A DNA stretch of 25,305 bases from Bdellovibrionota bacterium. Its GTDB lineage: Bacteria; Bdellovibrionota_C; UBA2361; OMIW01. Both the position numbers and the translations under genes were made by a program. The DNA lies in the NCBI GenBank assembly GCA_044345055.1, contig JBIJBT010000037.1:1-25305 (forward strand). The letters are read 5' to 3'. Below are positions 19,383 through 25,305 of this stretch, in pieces (position 1 is the first letter of the stretch; each line of letters begins with the position of its first letter). A model generated the notes under the pieces. It was not told the origin of the DNA. It did no database searches and worked only from the letters and a program-made list of their open reading frames with translations.

Positions 19383-20432
19383 CTAGTTATTCGAGAGATC
19401 TTTCTTACTCTTTCTTTTTTTCTCTTTAATCGTCGATTGAGGCACCTCTTTTTTGTTACATTGTAACGAGGACAACATCGTCTGTCGGCGCGCATTAGTT
19501 ACAAGCGGAAAAGTGCTTTCGAGCCAGTTTACAATCAGAGGAGTAGGTTGTGGCAATGACTCATTAAAAGCAACCATTATTTGTGTTAATCGTTCCTCTT
19601 TTGAAGTCAGCAACCCGCTAAAGCCAGAGACATCAGACTGAAATGGTAAGAGGCCTGCGCTGTTACAAAGTAACGAAAACGATAGATCCGCTGCGCCACG
19701 ATCAAAAGTTTCTCCCTCCTGAATTATAGCAATGAGATAATCGGGGCACACCGCGACCATTTCATTCATCAGCCGAGATGGGAATGAAAGGAGCGGGTCT
19801 TTTGCACAGAGAGCCTTTCCCTTTGTTTGAACCTTCATCAAGCTCTCATGAATATACTCGACCGAGATATTCAACAGGCCAGCTACCTGTGATTCAGAGA
19901 GATAACGAGTTAAAAGAAAGATTTCAAGACACCTAACCTCGAGTGCCTGACTAAAGAGTTTGGCGACTCTCGTTAAAGGAGAGGAGTCACGGGTTGCCAA
20001 GTTTAGGAAACTGAGCAACGTAGCTGCTGCAAGAGGATGAACGTTGCTTAACCGCATTTCTGGAGAGGGGATATTAGAGCTCTCTTTTTGGGATAAATCC
20101 TCCTGATAATCGTTCGCGACCGTCGATGCTCCGTTCTGCTGATTGGCACTCTTTTCTCTCTCAGCGATCTCTATAGATCGCTCAATCGCGTGAATTAATG
20201 CTTTTTGCTTTTTTTCAGTAAAAGACCTTTTTTGAAGCAACACCTCAACAGATACTCCACACAGCTGCCCAATTGTAATCTCCTCCTCGAAGGGCGAGCG
20301 AGCCTCGTTCTCTGGCCAGAAAGAGCCTATTTTTTGGCTTTTAAATATTCGGGCGGCGTTTGAGGACCTCAAAGCTTTCATGATTCTGGCGAGAGGATGA
20401 TCCTCAGTATCATCAGGTATAGGCGGTCTCAT
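19383..20432 (-). CDS. Hypothetical protein, possible DNA-binding (HhH/HTH-like segments)
   Basis: 349-aa ORF, GAGG upstream of the ATG, basic C-terminal tail. The motif resemblance is described in findings. Confidence 0.7.
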   Translation of the reverse strand: MRPPIPDDTEDHPLARIMKALRSSNAARIFKSQKIGSFWPENEARSPFEEEITIGQLCGVSVEVLLQKRSFTEKKQKALIHAIERSIEIAEREKSANQQNGASTVANDYQEDLSQKESSNIPSPEMRLSNVHPLAAATLLSFLNLATRDSSPLTRVAKLFSQALEVRCLEIFLLTRYLSESQVAGLLNISVEYIHESLMKVQTKGKALCAKDPLLSFPSRLMNEMVAVCPDYLIAIIQEGETFDRGAADLSFSLLCNSAGLLPFQSDVSGFSGLLTSKEERLTQIMVAFNESLPQPTPLIVNWLESTFPLVTNARRQTMLSSLQCNKKEVPQSTIKEKKRKSKKDLSNN

Positions 20433-20807
20433 GAATGCCTCGACATAGTTATATCTTTATGTTCATTGATTAAAGTAATCAGATACTTTTTTGGATGAGC
20501 TTAAATTCGGCTTCGTAGCCAAGCAGAATATCTCTGAATTAGCGCCGTTTTTTATCATACAATTCGGTCGATACATTCTTATATCGGATGAACAACTTCT
20601 AACCCCCAATAATTTTTTCACCGCTAGTTTTAAAATAAAGTTTCCGATCTTAATCGACACTTTTGTTCCTCTGTTTCGAAGCCGTATTTTTTATGCATAA
20701 TACCAAGGCGGGTTTGGTCGAGTGCTGAAACGAAGAAAGATATTGGCCGAAACAGTTGTTGATTCATTTAAAAATCAGCGATCCGAATTTCTGAAGGTAA
20801 TGAAGCT

Positions 20808-21455
20808 ATGTTAGAAAAAATTTATACTCTCTCTGTAAAAGCTTTTTTGGGGCTCTTCGCTTTACTGAGCATTATCTCTATAAGCCCTTCCTCGAGCCTT
20901 GCTGAATCTTCTCTTCAGACATCGCCCCCTGCCACCGGAGATACAGTTGCGATAATTACAACCTCCAAAGGTGTAATGAAAGCCAAACTTTTTCCCTCAA
21001 TAGTCCCCGATGCCGCCCGCAATTTCGTTGAATTGGCTCGACAGGGGAAATATAGCTCTACGAGTTTTCACCGCGTAATTAAAGATTTCATGATTCAGGG
21101 AGGAGACTTTACCAGAGGCGATGGCACCGGCGGTCACTCCGCAAAGGGACCTGGAACAACCATCGCAGACCAGTACGATTCGCGACTAACTCATTTAAGA
21201 GGAGCGCTTGCATGGGCAAAGACCTCTGCCCCTGAAAGCATTGGGTCACAGTTCTATATCGTGCACAACAACGCAGGTGCCCATTTCCTCGATCACAAGG
21301 AAAACAGCGGTCCCGCGGACGGTTATACCGTTTTCGGTCAAGTTTACGAGGGGTTTCCTGTTCTCGATGCAATTGCAGGGAGCAAGACGGATGGAAGCGA
21401 TCGGCCATTGGAAAAGATCGTAATAGAAGGGGTCGAGATAAAGATAATTAAATGA
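20808..21455 (+). CDS. Cyclophilin-type peptidyl-prolyl cis-trans isomerase, exported
   Basis: FHRVIKDFMIQGGD, GDGTGG, GSQFYI, YTVFGQV and an N-terminal signal peptide (SLA-ES). Confidence 0.95.
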   Translation: MLEKIYTLSVKAFLGLFALLSIISISPSSSLAESSLQTSPPATGDTVAIITTSKGVMKAKLFPSIVPDAARNFVELARQGKYSSTSFHRVIKDFMIQGGDFTRGDGTGGHSAKGPGTTIADQYDSRLTHLRGALAWAKTSAPESIGSQFYIVHNNAGAHFLDHKENSGPADGYTVFGQVYEGFPVLDAIAGSKTDGSDRPLEKIVIEGVEIKIIK

Positions 21456-21555
21456 TAAGAGCTTCGATGATGAGTGGTTATCATTTAATTATGTCGAAAT
21501 TGACGGAATAATTCCCAACAAAAAACAGTAGCCGTTTCGTCTGAGTAGTTCCGAT

Positions 21556-23868
21556 ATGGGTGCACAAACAAAATCATTTGTTGATACGACGCTCTGCGAG
21601 AGAGAACCTATCCATATTCCTGGAACTATTCAACCACACGGCTGCCTGCTCATTACCGATCACAATTTAATAATCACTCATTTTAGTCAGAACGCGAGAA
21701 CCTGGTTCACCGCTACGGCCGGTAATTTCATAGGCGCAGAGATTCTCGCCTTTTTTGACAGCAACGATGCGAATACACTGAAAGATAGCTGTGAACGAGC
21801 GATGCAAACAAATCGCTCCCTTCGATTTGTAATCCATACTCGCCATCGGAGCTCATCGATTGCGTGCACGATTCATCCATCCGCTTCTCGCTTTATCTTT
21901 GAATTTGAACAATTCGATCCAACGCTTCTGAATGACTATTTTGCGACGGTCACTCCACTTGTTAACCAGATATGCTCTGAGATACAGACCCTTAATTCAG
22001 CAGATCAGATACTCGATCGTTGTGTTGAGACGATACGGGATATTACTAAGTTTGATCGAGTTCTCGCCTATCGCTTTGATCACGACTGGCACGGAGTAGT
22101 TATTTCAGAGTCGTGCGAGCCGTCACTTCCTCCCTTTCTTGGACTCCATTTTCCAGCATCGGACATTCCCTCTCAGGCGCGAAGATTGTATGAGATCAAT
22201 CCGATACGACTTATAGCAGACCGATTTGATGTTCCAACTCCCATAGTACCTTTAGCTGGACCAGATTCATCGGACCCCATCGATCTGACACCAGTTTCTC
22301 TTAGGAGCGTTTCACCAATTCACCTAGAGTACCTCGCCAATTTAGGCGTTGTAGCCTCAATGTCTTTATCTCTCATCGTTAATGGAAAGTTGTGGGGTTT
22401 AATTGCGTGTCATCATCGAACAGCTCATCCCGTCTCTCCCGTCATTAGGGATACAGCGTTGATGATCGCCGAGGTGGCATCCTTGAGACTACAATCAGCC
22501 GAGATTGTCCGATCTTCTTCAGAGCAATTGCGGTGGCGTACTCAAGCGGGAGCGATTGCGGCTGAGTGCTCGAATTACTCCGATATACGTGATGGATTGG
22601 TTGCAACAGAGCATTTATTGAAAGACTGGATCTCAGCGGGAGGTCATGCGATCGTCGATCGGGGTTTTTGTCAGATGATCGGTAAAACTCCTGAGCGAAG
22701 TGCGATTGATCGAATCATATCTTGGCTCAAGGATAATCATCCCTACGAAGTTTTTGCGACGAACTCTCTCGCGAAGGATATTCCTGAAGCAGAGCAGTGG
22801 CGCTCCGTAGCCTCAGGCCTACTCGCGATACCAATCCGAGGTAGCATCGGTAATTTTTTACTTTTATTCAGGCCCGAGGTTCTGCAAACAACTTCTTGGG
22901 CTGGCAATCCCTCAAAAAGTGTTTTTGTTGTTGGTGATACGGCTCACCTTTCCCCTCGACGCTCTTTTGCTGTTTGGAGCCAAATTAGCCACCTCCATTC
23001 ACTTCCCTGGCTCGAGGAGGAAATTAAAGAGGCGGAATATTTGGGTAGCCTTATCCAAAAAATTCTTCAGGCGCGAATAGAGCAGATCGCTTTTGAAACA
23101 GAGCTGCTGAAGAGTCGGCAAAATCTCTCGATTCAATACCTTGCCAATGCCGTTGAGGAGGCTCGAGAGATTTCACGCGAATGCTCTTTTTCAATTGAAC
23201 GCATTCCCCAATCAGAGATCGATTCTCTTGAAGAGGAGTCTCGTAAGAAGCTCAGCGAAGCACTAAAAATAACCAAAGGTCTTCCCACCTTTTTTTCTTC
23301 ATTAAGCTATGTAATTCAAAGCATGATGCTCCCATGGAGAGAAAATATTGCCCCGATTGACGAAGTCCTTGCACAGGCATGGAATCAACACACTACGCTT
23401 GAGACTATGAGAGGGAATCACTTCTCTATCTCGCTCACTCCAATACCGAGCGATAGCAGTGTCGAGCCTTTAAAAATCGCTTCAGCTGCGGCGGCATGTT
23501 TCATTAAACCGTTCGAGGTAATGAGTAATTTTATATCGGATGAAAATAAAACAATTTTTGTTCATTACGGAGTCCACACACCCTCTTCCGAATCTAAAAC
23601 GAGAATTGAGCCACATATCATATTTCTTATTCGGCCAGCGGGAGGGATTCCTTTTTCAGAGTCGGCAAAATTAGCTGATTTTTTTAATGCGAATGACTTA
23701 TCCCCGGAGAGTACCTACTCTTCGGATCTAAATGACCTAGGGTTTGGATTGGCCCAAAGCCGTGCACTTGCCGAGTCATTGGGTGGCGATCTAAGACTTA
23801 TCCATGATGAAAACTATATCCCCGCAGCTCTATTATCCCTTCCATTTGTCCGCCCCCAAACCTCTTGA
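21556..23868 (+). CDS. bphP: Bacteriophytochrome (PAS-GAF-PHY) with degenerate histidine-kinase-like C-terminus
   Basis: CEREPIHIPGTIQPHG (biliverdin Cys14), FDRVLAYRF, PASDIPSQAR, SPIHLEY, LWGLIACHH, WAGNP and PRRSF. C-terminal GFGLAQSRALAESLGG resembles a G2 box. Confidence 0.93.
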   Translation: MGAQTKSFVDTTLCEREPIHIPGTIQPHGCLLITDHNLIITHFSQNARTWFTATAGNFIGAEILAFFDSNDANTLKDSCERAMQTNRSLRFVIHTRHRSSSIACTIHPSASRFIFEFEQFDPTLLNDYFATVTPLVNQICSEIQTLNSADQILDRCVETIRDITKFDRVLAYRFDHDWHGVVISESCEPSLPPFLGLHFPASDIPSQARRLYEINPIRLIADRFDVPTPIVPLAGPDSSDPIDLTPVSLRSVSPIHLEYLANLGVVASMSLSLIVNGKLWGLIACHHRTAHPVSPVIRDTALMIAEVASLRLQSAEIVRSSSEQLRWRTQAGAIAAECSNYSDIRDGLVATEHLLKDWISAGGHAIVDRGFCQMIGKTPERSAIDRIISWLKDNHPYEVFATNSLAKDIPEAEQWRSVASGLLAIPIRGSIGNFLLLFRPEVLQTTSWAGNPSKSVFVVGDTAHLSPRRSFAVWSQISHLHSLPWLEEEIKEAEYLGSLIQKILQARIEQIAFETELLKSRQNLSIQYLANAVEEAREISRECSFSIERIPQSEIDSLEEESRKKLSEALKITKGLPTFFSSLSYVIQSMMLPWRENIAPIDEVLAQAWNQHTTLETMRGNHFSISLTPIPSDSSVEPLKIASAAAACFIKPFEVMSNFISDENKTIFVHYGVHTPSSESKTRIEPHIIFLIRPAGGIPFSESAKLADFFNANDLSPESTYSSDLNDLGFGLAQSRALAESLGGDLRLIHDENYIPAALLSLPFVRPQTS

Positions 23869-23924
23869 ATTAGTTTTCTTCCCATGATACCGTCCTTCAG
23901 CTGGTGAGTGGCTCCTGATTTTAA

Positions 23925-23997
23925 GCCTGGATAGCTCAGTTGGTAGAGCAGCGGATTGAAAATCCGCGTGTCGCTGGTTCGATTCCGGCTCTAGGCA
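23925..23997 (+). tRNA. tRNA-Phe (GAA), CCA not encoded
   Basis: Acceptor stem GCCTGGA/TCTAGGC, D-arm AGCTCAGTTGGTAGAGC, anticodon arm GCGGA-TTGAAAA-TCCGC (GAA at 23958-23960), T-loop GTTCGATTC. Confidence 0.97.
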
Positions 23998-24653
23998 CAC
24001 CCACTCCCCTCGGAGATGTCCCCTCGACTCTCTCTCCTCGCCCATCTCCCCTTCCTTCCCTCCCCCAATTTGCCCAACCGAAGTTGCCGACCTAACTTCC
24101 CCAACCTAGCATCCACTAAAAATTTCCCTTGCAAGTTTCTAACTGTTCGCTAATATCATCTTGGGGGTGCTTACTTCCCCTATTGTGTAGTTCTTATCTA
24201 TTTCAGGCTTCGCGTTTCGGATCGTTCTCACTTCCCACGAGAAACTTCAAGGTCCACCGCGGTTGGTATTTTTCGAGATAGTTTCGGTCGGAGCAACTCG
24301 CTACCGCATTCGAAGCGATCGTTATTCGATTGATAGCTATTACGCCTGAATCCGTAGTCGACAATTTGAATCTTTTGGACGGCATACGGCCGCCCGAAGG
24401 GTTACTTGCCCTATTAATCGCGCAAATGCGATTAGGGGCGGCTTTGCCTGCGCTATGAGGACTACATGGGTTGCCCAATTAGTTTTTTTGACGTACCTCG
24501 TCGATGCCTTCAGGCTCACGGGCGTTTAGAAATATCGAGAACTTATCGCTGTTACGGACACGCTTCTCTTCACAGCTACAGCTCTTCTCTTCAGGCTGAT
24601 CTTTTTTCAGCCACCCGCTTCGCATCCGGTTCCCTTCACACAGGAGGTGAAAC

Positions 24654-25305
24654 ATGGAGGTAATTTCGACCAATTCCGGGGCAACAGCTAATCCTACACC
24701 GACTCATACCCCTATACCGAGCGCTCAGACCATCCGAGCTCCTAGGCCATCTTTAGATGTGCCATCAACCCCAGAGATCAATAAAGGGCAACCTCCGAGC
24801 TTCAACAGCTCACCAGCTGTTCGTCTTGAACCGGCAGGATGCGTTCCTGATGAAAAAAATTGGCGCGAGGTTCCGAGCGAGTCGTCTCTGAAAATGAGCC
24901 ACTCATTCACTTCAGTCGTTGAACAGCTTTATCAGGACGATGTTAGAAAACAGGGACCACTTTTTGAACCGTCGGTTTCATCTGCCGTATATTTTTTGGT
25001 TCACACCGCACCCCATCAAACTACGCCGCTCGAAGTTTTAATCTATAAATCTCCCGACGACAAAAATCCATCAGTCGTCCCGATGACACGTCTTGAAGAT
25101 GGACGACAGTTCGTTGGAATTGATGATGGCGGTAAAACGATCGGAGAAGGCACCCGATTTGCTTACAGGAATCCACAGACGGGCGCACTAATTGCCGATC
25201 CATACGCCTACCAGCTTTCCCAATTCGAATGGACGACAGTGCCGAGATTGGATGAGATGCCAAATCAGTCTCATTTTAAGCCGATTCAGTGCACCGTTCG
25301 GCAAG
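24654..25305 (+). CDS. Partial (5' end) CBM48-containing alpha-glucan enzyme, likely GlgX/isoamylase/pullulanase-like GH13
   Basis: Not in the ORF track because it runs off the edge. Strong RBS AGGAGGTG at 24642-24649. 217 open codons including YFLVHT...LEVLIYKSPDD...VPMTRL...FVGI...GEGTRFAYR...LIADPYAYQL. Confidence 0.7.
   Translation, partial: MEVISTNSGATANPTPTHTPIPSAQTIRAPRPSLDVPSTPEINKGQPPSFNSSPAVRLEPAGCVPDEKNWREVPSESSLKMSHSFTSVVEQLYQDDVRKQGPLFEPSVSSAVYFLVHTAPHQTTPLEVLIYKSPDDKNPSVVPMTRLEDGRQFVGIDDGGKTIGEGTRFAYRNPQTGALIADPYAYQLSQFEWTTVPRLDEMPNQSHFKPIQCTVRQ

Noticed and set aside
20463..20700. Two overlapping 65-69 aa ORFs in the divergent spacer
   Set aside because: AT-rich promoter-like region with no recognisable motifs, and I found no in-frame link to the 349-aa gene.
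636..21869. Numerous short antisense or alternate-frame ORFs inside long genes
   Set aside because: They are shadow ORFs largely or wholly overlapping well-supported genes, with no motifs of their own.
23833..24045. 70-aa minus-strand ORF
   Set aside because: It is an antisense translation of the tRNA gene.
23925..25305. tRNA-Phe as integration site of a prophage or island
   Set aside because: No integrase and no duplicated tRNA 3' end are visible within the window.

Overview
Bacterial chromosomal window made up mostly of housekeeping and metabolic genes: uvrC, an ABC-2 type exporter pair, cysS, a NUDIX hydrolase, 3-methylcrotonyl-CoA carboxylase beta/alpha, an AEC transporter, prephenate dehydrogenase, a HEAT-like protein, a YddA/BacA-type ABC half-transporter, a cyclophilin, a bacteriophytochrome and tRNA-Phe. 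A partial ORF at each edge is missing from the ORF track. The main accessory feature is an AT-richer 2.8-kb cassette (6686-9458). It is bounded by two inverted, decayed IS4-family transposase 3' ends and flanked by a perfect 12-bp direct repeat. It carries a membrane protein, a DCC1/DUF393 thiol-disulfide protein and a TetR regulator, behind a promoter overlapped by three TGAACATGTTCA palindromes. Other oddities are a phytochrome with a degenerate kinase lacking an H-box His, a CysRS with Cys at the normally invariant PGWHIEC Trp, a protein with possible alpha-CTD and sigma-region-4 motifs, a MITE-like mosaic of inverted repeats, and a structured non-coding stretch after the tRNA. All family assignments come from motif recognition by eye; no database searches were run.
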